Assembly (NCBI GenBank): GCA_964016885.1
Contig: OZ024742.1
Location: forward strand, 302,808,001-302,872,000
Reading direction: 5' to 3'
Source: Eledone cirrhosa
Lineage: Eukaryota
Length of the DNA stretch: 64,000 nt
Positions 26,462 to 38,762 of the stretch are shown piece after piece. Below the pieces are notes generated by a model, which saw only the letters and a program-made list of their open reading frames with translations, made no database searches and was not told where the DNA came from. Both the position numbers and the translations under genes were made by a program. Each line of letters starts with the position of its first letter. Positions within the stretch are counted from its first letter, which is position 1.

Positions 26462-27747
26462 CAAAACAACAAGAAGTAATTTCGGCAGATACAAGCCAGA
26501 AACTCTGAAGAATATGGGGTTTACATATACTAATGTCTTACAAGGATATAGGATAATAAAAATGAGGATAAAACTATAATAACTAAGGATGTAGATGACA
26601 TTAAGAACCATATTACAAATATGGTCCAAAGTCACCAACTTAAATCTAAACAAATTTGGTTATATAGAACAGGAATTATATATAACACAGTATAATACAT
26701 TCTAATAATAATATATCTATACCAACACTGAAATTCCAAATCAAAAATCAAAAGGTGCGATATATACATGTATATATGTGCGCACACACACACACACACA
26801 TTACAATACACATATCTATTTTCTATTACACAGAAATTAAGCCTCAAAAATATTAAAAATAAACATGGTAATAGTGAAAATAATGCTAATATATCTACCC
26901 AATATATATGGGGCAATAATTACAAGAAACACTTATAATAAATAATAAACAACAAAATTATATAATATAATACAATATAATAAAGTAGAATATATATAAA
27001 ATAAGAATATATATAATATCCGGTTAATTTACAGAAACAATATAGATGTCACAGTGAACATTATATTAACAATTACCATATGTACAACATGGTTCATATT
27101 GGGTTACATAATAAATGGGGAAATATCAATCATATAATATAATACAATAATACAATAATACTAAAAAAAACTATATTGGTACAGGGAACAATTATGATGT
27201 TACAGAAAAAATATATAGACATCTAACATGATATGTAAAGTCTAAATACCGTAATGTTACATACTACAGTATTAAAATATTAAAATATTAAGATATTAAA
27301 ATATTAAGATATTAAAAAATATAAAGTTTAAGTATCTTAATGTTATATATAATAAACGGTAAGTAATAAGGATCTATATCATAATGTAATATATCTTAAA
27401 AATAGGCATATAATATATAAATAAATACTTATAATTTCAAGGTTAGTAGACAGACATATGTGGATGAGCAAAGCCAGACAGTGAGTGGTAAATAAAACCA
27501 ATCAACCGGAAATTACAAAACAAGGCAAATGTAAACACACTTAAGTCCCGCGTGCATTAAGAAATTTGGTAAGCACCCAGGAAAACGATCATTTTAAATG
27601 ACTCCCAACCCTATATGATAAATTAATATTAAAAATATCAAACCCGTCCGATAACCTAATTTTGGCTCGACTGGCAATCGCTCTGTATAATCAGCTCCTG
27701 ATTATTACTGGAATTCTATAAGAATCGAGGTTCTATAATTTTCGGTG

Positions 27748-27829
27748 GAGGCAGGGGAGTGCGTGGTTTTGATAGACGCCAAACAGCCAAACAGCGAGAA
27801 ACAGACTGCCAGCCACTCTCCCCTGTTTC
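27748..27829 (+). ncRNA. Decayed hammerhead-like motif with long stem I and U3-A8 core
   Basis: gaggcaggggag..GTGGTT-TTGATAG-ACGC..GCGA-GAAA-CAGACTG-CC-AGCCAC tctcccctgtttc. Confidence 0.5.
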
Positions 27830-28512
27830 GCAGGAAATAAGTGACATAGTCACTACTTTAAAACTGATAGCGAATGGTCTTCTAAATGTTTTTAATTAAA
27901 CATATGGTATATTGCCAAATATACTATACATACATTCTCCTCGACTTAATGATTAATTGATTAATTTAATTAGACAATTCTATTGATTGGTTAATTATTT
28001 ATGCTTGTTTAATAACGTCTGGTCGAGAGCTTTATTCGTTTAGTGGAAGGGAATTTATACCTTTGTTCAAAATTTGAATTTCGACCCTTTGGGAAACCAC
28101 GTGACCGCCAGCAGTCTTACTGATATAATTCACACCCGACTGCGACATTGAACTGAAACCTGTTGAGAAAGTGAACCGTCTGTTCGATCATCCTAAACCA
28201 ATAACTTGCATACCCCGCAAGTGGATTTGTTGATTACGGATTTCAGAGAAACCTACCGGAGATATTGGATAATATCGACGGGATGGTCCAGGTTTGTCAA
28301 ATTATCCTGAGTTGGTTTTCTCGTTGCTTTGGTCCTTGCGGCTGGCTCACCGGTCGCAGTCACCAAATTATCAAGCTGTCTAAACGTAATGTTACTCTAA
28401 AGTAAAACTACCTTATTGAGTGCTTAGCTGTACATTCCGGATTGCATTCGTTAGCATGACTGCAGCCAGAGCTTCGATTCTACTGAACTTCCATTTGTAT
28501 ATATATATATAT

Positions 28513-29638
28513 AAGAAAATTAGATTTTTATATAAAAAACGAGATGTCCTACACTGGTGATAGTATCATATAAGGAAGAGAAATCGAAAATGCAACTAGA
28601 GTCTTTTTAAGAATATTTATTTATTTATTTTACCGGTTTCACAGCTCTTATGCTTTTCAAAAGTAACATTGAGATGGAGAGAGTTTATGGTTTGTCTCGC
28701 ATCTTGTTCGTGTTCGAAAGTTCTTTCTGTTTTATGTGGAAAGGGTAGCTAGAATTGTTGGTTTAAAAAAAAAATAATTTGATTGGTTGATGACTGTCAT
28801 GTGGATAAGTACATAAAATTTTGCACCAGTTCATGTTTGAGGGTTCTTTATTGCTATTTTTATTGTTGTTCAAAGTCACATCATTGGTTATATAATATAG
28901 GTGGCAGAAAAGGATGGTTTGTCATAGAAAGTTTTCTGCCAAACAAAAGATAAGGGTCAAGAAATGGGTAAGGGAGAACTAGTTCTTATGGTTGATGTGC
29001 TGAAGTGTCAATATTCAGACTTTTTGTGTCGATAGTGGTGGCGGCGGCGATGGTGGTGGTAGGGTAGAAAAGAGAACATTTTTTTATTTGTGTGTGTGTG
29101 TGTGGGGGGGGGGGGGTGCGTGCGTGCGTGCGCGCGTGCGTGTGCGTCTGCGCGCGTGTGTGTGTAGCAAAGCGGTTTATCGTCTTGATAATAGAAATAA
29201 AAATGATTCCATGACTGTGACCAACAATTAAAATGGCAATAAAGAACCCTCAAACACGAACTGGCGCGAAATTTGATGTACTTATTCACGTGACAGTCAT
29301 CAACCAACCAAATTACACTTATAAAAATAAACAACAATTTGAGCCACATTTTTTAAAGGTAAATACAATAAGGATTTTGGAACACGAACTGGCGCGAAAT
29401 TTATTGTACTTATTCACGTGACTGTCATCAACCAACCAAATTACTTTTAAAAAACACCCCCAGCATTTCGAGCCACCGTTTCCACATAAAAACAAAAAGA
29501 ACCTTCGAACACGAACCAGATGTGAGGCAAAGCCCAAACACTCCATCTCAATTTTACTTTTAAAAAGCATAAACACTGTGACACCGGTAAGGGAAATAAA
29601 TATATATTCATAAAAAGACTCCAGTAGCTCTTTCGATT

Positions 29639-29645
<7 letters not shown>
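28513..29645. mobile_element. Diverged inverted pair of pLTR-like repeats (same family as 20121-20325)
   Basis: ~28575-28885 is the diverged reverse complement of ~29210-29645. U3-A8 hammerhead at 28623-28667(-) (TTGAAAA-GCA..TGT-GAAA-CCGG-TA); decayed copy at ~29552-29597(+). Confidence 0.75.
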
Positions 29646-30261
<616 letters not shown>

Positions 30262-30270
30262 ATTTATATT

Positions 30271-30307
<37 letters not shown>

Positions 30308-30310
30308 CTA

Positions 30311-30779
30311 GAACAGGCAGTTAATTGTACATTCAATAAAGATGTCGTGTAACGACTTCGAAAACGCGTCCAGCGTGTCCGAAAGGACATTGCAGGAGAT
30401 TGGGTACTGCACCACGATAACGCGCCTGCTCACACAGTACATTCAATTAAAGAACTTCTGGCGGAGAAAAGCATCCTCACACTTCCACATCCTCCCTATA
30501 GCCCAGATATAGCTCCGTTTGATTTCTACATCTTCTCAAAGGTGAAATCGAAATTGAAGGGTTATCATTTTAGGACTGGAAACACACACAAAAATATGTA
30601 AACGACGAAATAAGAAACTCATAAAAAAAAAGACTTCCAGTATTGTACCGATCAATGGAAAAAACGTTGGAACCACTGTGTGATTCCCGAGGGTCGTATT
30701 TTGAAAGAGATAATTTGTAATTTCATCTATGTCTAATATACATTTAACATCAGTACTCTTACTTTTGGGACAAACCTCA
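30311..30779 (+). mobile_element. 3' half of a mariner (DD34D) transposon
   Basis: [29 protein letters not shown]; ends in TIR-like ttttgggacaaacctca|TA. Confidence 0.88.
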
Positions 30780-31010
30780 TATGTGAAAAGTAAACGGAAG
30801 CAACACAACATATTATGAAGTATAATAAATATATAGAAGATATATATTGGCTTCCTGTTTAATATAGTAGGAAAATCTCAATGTTTCGGGCGCTATGTAT
30901 GTATGTATGTTATATGCACACACACACACACACAGACACATATATTATATATATATGTATAAATGCATATGTATATATTTGTATGAATGTGTGTATGTGT
31001 GTATATATAT

Positions 31011-31204
31011 ATAGGAACAAGTATGACCCCGACGGCAGAGCTCAAGCCGTTTCGACGGCTATTTCTGGACTGAAATAGCTGTCGAAACGGCTTGAGCTCT
31101 GCCGTCGGGGTCATACTTGTTCCTATTACCCACTCTACTACCCTAAGTATTGAGTACTTTGGTGCGTTATGGTACATCTGGTTCCTTACCACAATTCCGT
31201 CGTT
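31011..31204 (+). mobile_element. Fold-back mini-element from the PLE3-family pLTR end
   Basis: 55-bp arms (31011-31065 / 31072-31126); right arm and tail match 63070-63200; TA flanks. Confidence 0.9.
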
Positions 31205-31817
31205 ATATATATATATATATATATACACACACATATATATATATATATATATATGCGTATATGTGTGTGTGTGTACATGAACACATATATATCCACACAT
31301 CTATATATATGTACATATACATATATATATGTGTGTGGGTGCGTGTGGGTATGTTTATTTGAGTGCATGTGTATGAATGTTTTGTCATGAAATATCTTAG
31401 TTGCCATTTCTGCCAACAAAACATGCTTAGACGATATGTGAAAGTGCCAGTTTAAACATGCATGTTCGTCTTTATATTTATGCGTGTCGCTGTACTTGCG
31501 TGCCACGTTTGTTTTTTCACTGAATGGGAAATTACTTGTTAAGGATTAAAAAACAACAACAACAAAAATAAAAACAACATGGTGGTAAAAATGAGAAACG
31601 TAACCCCCCTCCAAAAAAATCCCCCAAAACAAACAGAAACTATATTTTAAGTATAGTAATAATTTATGGTCTATATGGGGAATAAAATGGCCTGGTGTAT
31701 GTAGGGAGACAGGAGGGGTGTTGATTTTTACGAGTGTATGTCTTTCTCCAGTTTACACAAGTTATTGTTGTTATTGCTCTGTTGCGAGTTAATAGTTAAA
31801 AGATAATAATGGAGGCT

Positions 31818-31818
31818 T

Positions 31819-31875
<57 letters not shown>

Positions 31876-31876
31876 G

Positions 31877-31908
<32 letters not shown>

Positions 31909-31909
31909 G

Positions 31910-31944
<35 letters not shown>

Positions 31945-31945
31945 G

Positions 31946-32010
<65 letters not shown>

Positions 32011-32068
32011 TAGTAGTAGGAGTAGTAGTGGTGGTAGTAGTAGTAGTAGTATCAGTAGTAGTAGTAGG

Positions 32069-32100
<32 letters not shown>

Positions 32101-32101
32101 G

Positions 32102-32134
<33 letters not shown>

Positions 32135-32179
32135 GGTAGTAGTAGTAGGAGTAGTAGTGGTGGTGGTAGTAGTAGTAGG

Positions 32180-32211
<32 letters not shown>

Positions 32212-32212
32212 G

Positions 32213-32245
<33 letters not shown>

Positions 32246-32290
32246 GGTAGTAGTAGTAGGAGTAGTAGTGGTGGTGGTAGTAGTAGTAGG

Positions 32291-32329
<39 letters not shown>
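31818..32329. repeat. Compound (GTA/GTG/GGA)n trinucleotide repeat with higher-order units
   Basis: Direct reading. Confidence 0.95.
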
Positions 32330-33891
32330 CTGTTGTGCATAGATGGCGTTATTTTTTGCAGGTATAGCTGCTGGTGTTATCATTGTCGATTTTAATGTAG
32401 TTATTGATTTTGTTGTTTTTATTGCTGTTGATATTGATGTTGTTGTAGTTGCCTCTGTTGTTGTTGTCATTGTTGCTAATGTTGTTGTGGCGGTTGCTGC
32501 TTATGCTGTTGTCGTTCTTGTATATATTTTTTTGTCATGTTCAGAAAGCCAATAACTTATAGGTGACGCCGTTACTGTTGTCAATGCTGGTTGAAACGTT
32601 GCTGTTGCTGTTAATGTTGTTGTTGTGTTCAGATGACGCTAATTTCTCTATGCAAGTGATGGTGGTGGTGGTAGGGACATTGTTGGTTTATATCCTTGCT
32701 GTTGTTGTTGTTATTGTTGTGTTGTTCTTGTTTTGCAAACAATATTCTGGGACAAAAACATAAAACAAATCAACAAATAAATACTGAGGCATTACACATC
32801 TCTCGCAGTTTAGTATCTTGTAATTTATCACAATGCAGTATAGGGCTATAGATATTGACATTGTGGTTATTTTGTTGTTGCTTAGTAGCCTCTCATCATC
32901 TCTGGTTAACAGACCTGTGGTACATACGGTGCTGGATGAAAAACTAGGTACAGTCCATAGATCCACAGACACACTGTTAAATTCTCATTTTCGACAAAAC
33001 AACAACAATAAGAACACGTTCGATATTGTAGCAACTAAATAAAGGCTCTGTTTTCACATGGACCTAACAGATAACGGGCACCGTTTGGCCCAGGCATGGA
33101 AGCTAATCAAACTGGAAAACAATCTCAGTCAACCTAACCTTCTCGGCCCAAATGGTATAATTTAAGCACAAGGTCAACGAATTTTGTCGGAGAGGGAAGC
33201 AAATTGATTAAATCGACCCTAGTAGTTGTCTGGTATTTTATTGACGGCGGCATGATGAAAGACAAAGTTGGTGTCAGTGGGATTGATTGGTGGAAAATAA
33301 TTGTGCCTACTTTAGGCACAAGGTCAGCAATGAGAATAAATCGACCCCAGCTTTATTTTAGAGACACCGTAAGGATAAAAGGCAAAGCTAACCTCGGCGG
33401 GATTTGAACTCAGAATTTAAAGGGCCGTAACTAAATGCTGCAAAGCATATTGTCCGACGCTCTACTGATTCTGCCAATTGAAAAATAATACCAGACAGTC
33501 TAACGTATAAGGGTTTATTGTATAAAGTTGTCCCGTTGTTGTTGTTGTTGTTGTTGTTGTGGTTGTTACTGTTGTTATATAGCCCCAGGACAAAACCTAG
33601 CACGGCAACGATTGATCAATGTTGGTTTTGCTGTTGTTATTGTTAATGTTGTAGTTAATGTTGTTGTTGTCGTTGTTTGAGCCCCAGGACAATCTTGAAC
33701 GAGATGACGAATGATCGTTATTTGTTCTTGTTTTTATTGTTGTAATCGACGTTGTTGCTACCAACAGGGTTGTTGTTGTTGTTGTTAATGTTGTTGTTGT
33801 TGTTGTCTCGTTGTTGTTGTCGCTTGGAATTGCTGCAGGAAGTCATGATGGGATATAAATCTTTAAATATCCGTATCATGGCGTTTAGCTT

Positions 33892-34215
33892 ATGATGAAG
33901 ATGACTATGAAGACTATGATGATAATGGTGACGATGATAATGATGATGATGATGATGATGATGGTGATGGTGATGTTGATGATGGTGGTGATGATGATAA
34001 TGGTGATGATGATGATGATGATAATGGTGATGGTGATGATGATGGTGGTGATGATGATAATGGTGATGATGATGATGATGATAATGGTGATGATGATGAT
34101 GATGTTGATGTTGATGATGGTAGTGGTGGTGGTGGTATTATTACTGCTGTTGCTGCTACTTCTACTGCTGGTGGTGGTGGTGGTGGTGGTGGTGGTGGGG
34201 TGGTGGCGGTGGTTG
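33892..34215. repeat. (GAT/GGT)n compound repeat
   Basis: Direct reading. Confidence 0.95.
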
Positions 34216-34356
34216 TAAGTGTAATATTTAGGGGCAATTAAGGTGCGGTAATGACATTTTACTGCCGTTCATGTTGTGGCAACTGTCTCTCTTTTTTTAA
34301 ATCCTATTTTGTTGTTGTAGTTGTTGTTGATGATTTCTGTTTGTTTTTGTTGTGCA

Positions 34357-37300
34357 GTGGTGGAGGTGATGGTGGTGGTGGAGGTGGTGGTGTTGGTGAT
34401 GGTGGTGTTGGAGGTGGTGGTGGTGGTGGTGGAGGTGGTGATGGTGGTGTTGGAGGAGGTGGTGGTGGAGGTGGTGAGGTTGGAGGTGGTGGTGTTGGTG
34501 GAGGTGGTGGTGTTGGTAGTGATGGTAGTGGTGGAGGTGGAGGTGGTGGAGGTGATGGTGGTGGTGGAGGTGGTGGTGTTGGAGGTGATGGTGGTGGTGG
34601 TGGAGGTGGTGGTGGAGGTGGTGGTGTTGGTAGTGATGGTGGTGGTGGTGATGATGGTGTTGGAGGAGGTGGTGGTGGTGGTGGAGGTGGTGGTGGTGGA
34701 GGTGGTGAGGTTGGAGGTGGTGGTGTTGGTGGAGGTGGTGGTAGTGATGGTGGTGGTGGAGGTGGTGAGGTTGGAGGTGGTGGTGTTGGTGGAGGTGGTG
34801 GTGTTGGTAGTGGAGGTGATGGTGGTGGTGGAGGTGGTGGTGTTGGTAGTGATGGTGGTGGTGGTGATGGTGGTGTTGGAGGAGGTGGTGGTGGTGGTGG
34901 AGGTGGTGGTGGTGGAGGTGGTGAGGTTGGAGGTGTTGGTGTTGGTGGAGGTGGTGGTGTTGGTAGTTATGGTAGTGGTGGAGGTGGTGGAGGTGATGGT
35001 GGTGGTGGAGGTGGTGAGGTTGGAGGTGGTGGTGTTGGTGGAGGTGGTGGTGTTGGTAGTGATGGTGGTGGTGGAGGTGGTGAGGTTGGAGGTGTTGGTG
35101 TTGGTGGAGGTGGTGGTGTTGGTAGTTATGGTAGTGGTGGAGGTGGTGGAGGTGATGGTGGTGGTGGAGGTGGTGAGGTTGGAGGTGGTGGTGTTGGTGG
35201 AGGTGGTGGTGTTGGTAGTGGAGGTGATGGTGGTGGTGGAGGTGGTGGTGTTGGTAGTGATGGTGGTGGTGGTGATGGTCGTGTTGGAGGAGGTGGTGGT
35301 GGTGGTGGAGGTGGTGGTGATGGAGGTGGTGACGTTGGAGGTGTTGGTGTTGGTGGAGGTGGTGGTGTTGGTAGTTATGGTAGTGGTGGAGGTGGTGGAG
35401 GTGATGGTGGTGGTGGAGGTGGTCGTGTTGGTAGTGATGGTGGTGGTGGTGATGGTGGTGATGGTGGTGATGGTGGTGGTGGTGATGGTAGTGGTGGAGG
35501 TGGTGGTGGTGGAGGTGGTGAGGTTGGAGGTGGTGGTGCTGGTGGAGGTGGTGGTGTTGGTAGTGATGGTAGTGGTGGAGGTAGTGGAGGTGATGGTGGT
35601 GGTGGAGGTGGTGGTGTTGGACGTGATGGTGGTGGTGGAGGTGGTGGTAGTGGAGGTGATGGTGGTGGTGGAGGTGGTGGTGTTGGACGTGATGGTGGTG
35701 GTGGAGGTGGTGGTGGTGGATGAGGTGGTGGTGTTGGTAGTGATGGTGGTGGTGGTGATGGTGGTGATGGTGGTGGTGGTGATGGTAGTGGTGGAGGTGG
35801 TGGTGGTGGAGGTGGTGAGGTTGGAGGTGTTGGTGTTGGTGGAGGTGGTGGTGTTGGTAGTGATGGTAGTGGTGGAGGTGGTGGTGTTGGTGGAGGTGGT
35901 GGTGTTGGTAGTGATGGTGGTGGTGGTGATGGTAGTGGTGGAGGTGGTGGTGGTGGAGGTGGTGAGGTTGGAGGTGGTGGTGTTGGTGGTGGTGTTGGTA
36001 ATGATGGTGGTGGTGGAGGTGGTGAGGTTGGAGGTGGTGGTGTTGGTGGAGGTGGTGGTGTTGCTAGTGATGGTGGTGGTGGATCTGGTGTTGTTGGAGC
36101 TGGTGGTTTTGGTGGAGGTGGGTGGTGGTGTTGGTAGCGATGGTGGAGGTGGTAGTGTTGGTAGTGATGGTGGTGGTGTTAGAGGCGATGGTGGTGGTGA
36201 TAGTGGTGTTGGAGGTGGTGGCGTTGGTGGAGGCGGTGGTGTTGGTAGTGATATGGTGGTGGAGGTGATGGTGTTGGTAGTGATGGTGGTGGTGGAGGTG
36301 GTGGTGTTGGTAGTGATGGTGGTGGTGGAGGTGGTGGTGTTGGAGGTGGTGGTGTTGGAGGTGATGGTGGTGGTGGAGGTGATGCTATTGGTGGAGGTGG
36401 TGGTGGCGGAGGTGGTGGTGTTTGAGGTGATGGTGGTGGTGGAGGTGGTGGTGTTGGAGGTTGTGATGTTGGAGGTGATGGTGGTTGTGGAGGTGATGGT
36501 GGTTGTGGAGGTGGTGGTGTTGGAGGTGATGGTGGTGGTGGTGGTGATGGTGGTGTTGGATATGATGGTGGTGGTGGAGGTGATGCTGGTGTTGGAGGTG
36601 GTGGTGTTGGAGGTGATGGTGGTGGTGGAGGTGGTGGTGTTGGAGGTGGTGATGTTGGAGGTGTTGGTGGTGTTGGATGTGATGATGGTGGTGGATGTGA
36701 TGCTGGTGTTGGAGGTGGTAGTGTTGGTGGTGATGGTGGTGGTGGAGGTGGTGATTTTGGAGGTGATGGTGGAGGTGATGGTGGTGGTGGAGGTGGTGGT
36801 ATTGGAGGTGATGGTGGTGGTGGAGATGGTGGTGTTGGAGGTGATGGTGGTGGTGGAGGTGGTGGTGTTGGAGGTGATGGTGGTGGTGGAGGTGGTGGTG
36901 GTGGAGGTGGTGAGGTTGAAGGTGGTGGTGTTGGTGGAGGTGGTGGTAGTGATGGTGGTGGTGGAGGTGGTGAGGTTGGAGGTGGTGGTGTTGGTAGTGA
37001 TGGTGGTGGTGGAGGTGGTGAGGTTGGAGGTGGTGGTGTTGGTGGAGGTGGTGGTGTTGGTAGTGATGGTAGTGGTGGAGGTGGTGAGGTTGGAGGTGGT
37101 GGTGTTGGTGGAGGTGGTGGTGTATGTAGTGATGGTGGTGGTGGTGATGGTACTGGTGGAGGTGGTGGTGGTGGAGGTGGTGAGGTTGGAGGTGGTGGTG
37201 TTGGTGGAGGTGGTGGTGTTGGTAATGATGGTGGTGGTGGAGGTGGTGAGGTTCGAGGTGGTGGTGTTGGTTGTGATGGTGGTGGTGGAGGTGGTGAGGT

Positions 37301-38762
37301 TGGAGGTGGTGGTGTTGGTGGATGTGGTGGTGTTGGTAGTGATGATGGTGGTGGATGTGGTGTTGTTGGAGCTGGTGGTGTTGGTGGAGGTGGGTGGTGG
37401 TGTTGGTAGTGATGGTGGAGGTGGTAGTGTTGGTAGTGATGGTGGTGGTGGAGGTGGTGTTGGAGGTGGTGGTGTTGGAGGTGATGGTGGTGGTGATGGT
37501 GGTGTTGGAGGTGGTGGCGTTGGTGGAGGCGGTGGTGTTGGTAGTGATATGGTGGTGGAGGTGATGGTGTTGGTAGTGATGGTGGTGGTGGAGGTGGTGA
37601 GGTTGGAGGTGGTGGTGTTGGTGTAGGTGGTGGTGTTGGTAGTGATGATGGTGGTGGATATGGTGTTGTTGGAGCTGGTGGTGTTGGTGGAGGTGGATGG
37701 TGGTGTTGGTAGTGATGGTGGAGGTGATGGTGGTGGTGGAGGTGGTGGTGTTGCATGTGCTGGTGTTGGAGGTGATGGTGGTGGTGGTGATGGTGGTGGT
37801 GGTGGTGGTGGTGTTGGAGGTCATGGTGGTGGTGGTAGTGGTGCTAGTGGTGGAGCTGATGGTGGAGGTGATGGTAGTGGTGGAGGTGGTGGTGGTGGAG
37901 GTGGTGGTGTTGGTGGAGAGGATGCTAGTGGTGAAGGTGGTGGTGGTGGACGTGGTGGTGTTGGAGGTGATGGTGTTGGTGGTAGTGGTAGTGTTGGAGG
38001 TGGTGGTGTTGGAGGTGATAGTGGTGGTGGAGGTGATGGTAATGGTGGAGGTGGTGGTGTTGGAGGTGGTGGTGTTGGTGGTGATGGTGGTGGTGGAGGT
38101 GGTGGTGTTGGAGGTGATGGTGGTGGTGGAGATGGTGGTGTTGGAGGTGATAGTGGTGGTGGTGGTGTTGAAGGTGATGTTGGTGGTGGAGGTGGTGGTG
38201 TTGGAGGTGGTGATATTGGAGGTGATGATGGTGTTGGATGTGATGGTGATGGTGGAGGTGGTGGTGGTGGTGGAGGTGGTGGTGTTGGAGGTGATGGTGG
38301 TGTTGGAGGTGGTGGTGTTGGAGGTGATGGTGGTGGTGGAGGTGGTGGTGGTGGAGGTGATGGTGGTGGTGGAGGTGGTGGTGTTGGAGGTGATGGTGGT
38401 GGTGGAGGTGGTGGTGGTGGAGGTGATGGTGATGGTGGAGGTGGTGGTGCGGTGGTGATGGTGGAGGTGATGGTGGTGGTTGAGGTGGTGGTGTTGCAGG
38501 TGATGGTGGTGTTGGATGTGGTGGTGTTGGAGGTGATGATGGTGGTGGAGGTGGTGGTGGTGGAGGTGATGGTGGTGGTGAAGGTGGTGGTGCTGGTGGT
38601 GTTGGAGGTGGTGGATGTGATGATGGTGGTGGAGGTGATGCTGGTGTTGGAGGTGGTAGTGTTGGTGGTGATGGTGGTGGTGGAGGTGGTGGTGTTGGAG
38701 GTGATGGTGGTGGTGGAGATGGTGGTGTTGGAGGTGATGGTGGTGGTGGAGGTGGTGGTGTT
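34357..38762. repeat. 4.4-kb (GGT)-derived cryptic trinucleotide repeat
   Basis: GGT interspersed with GGA/GAT/GTT/AGT; almost no C on the plus strand; internal duplicated blocks (36061-36300 ~ 37331-37600). Confidence 0.95.

Noticed and set aside
31796-32470. Mucin-like Thr/Pro ORF on the minus strand
   Set aside because: Explained by the GTA/GTG repeat; no signal peptide, splice support or non-repetitive domain.
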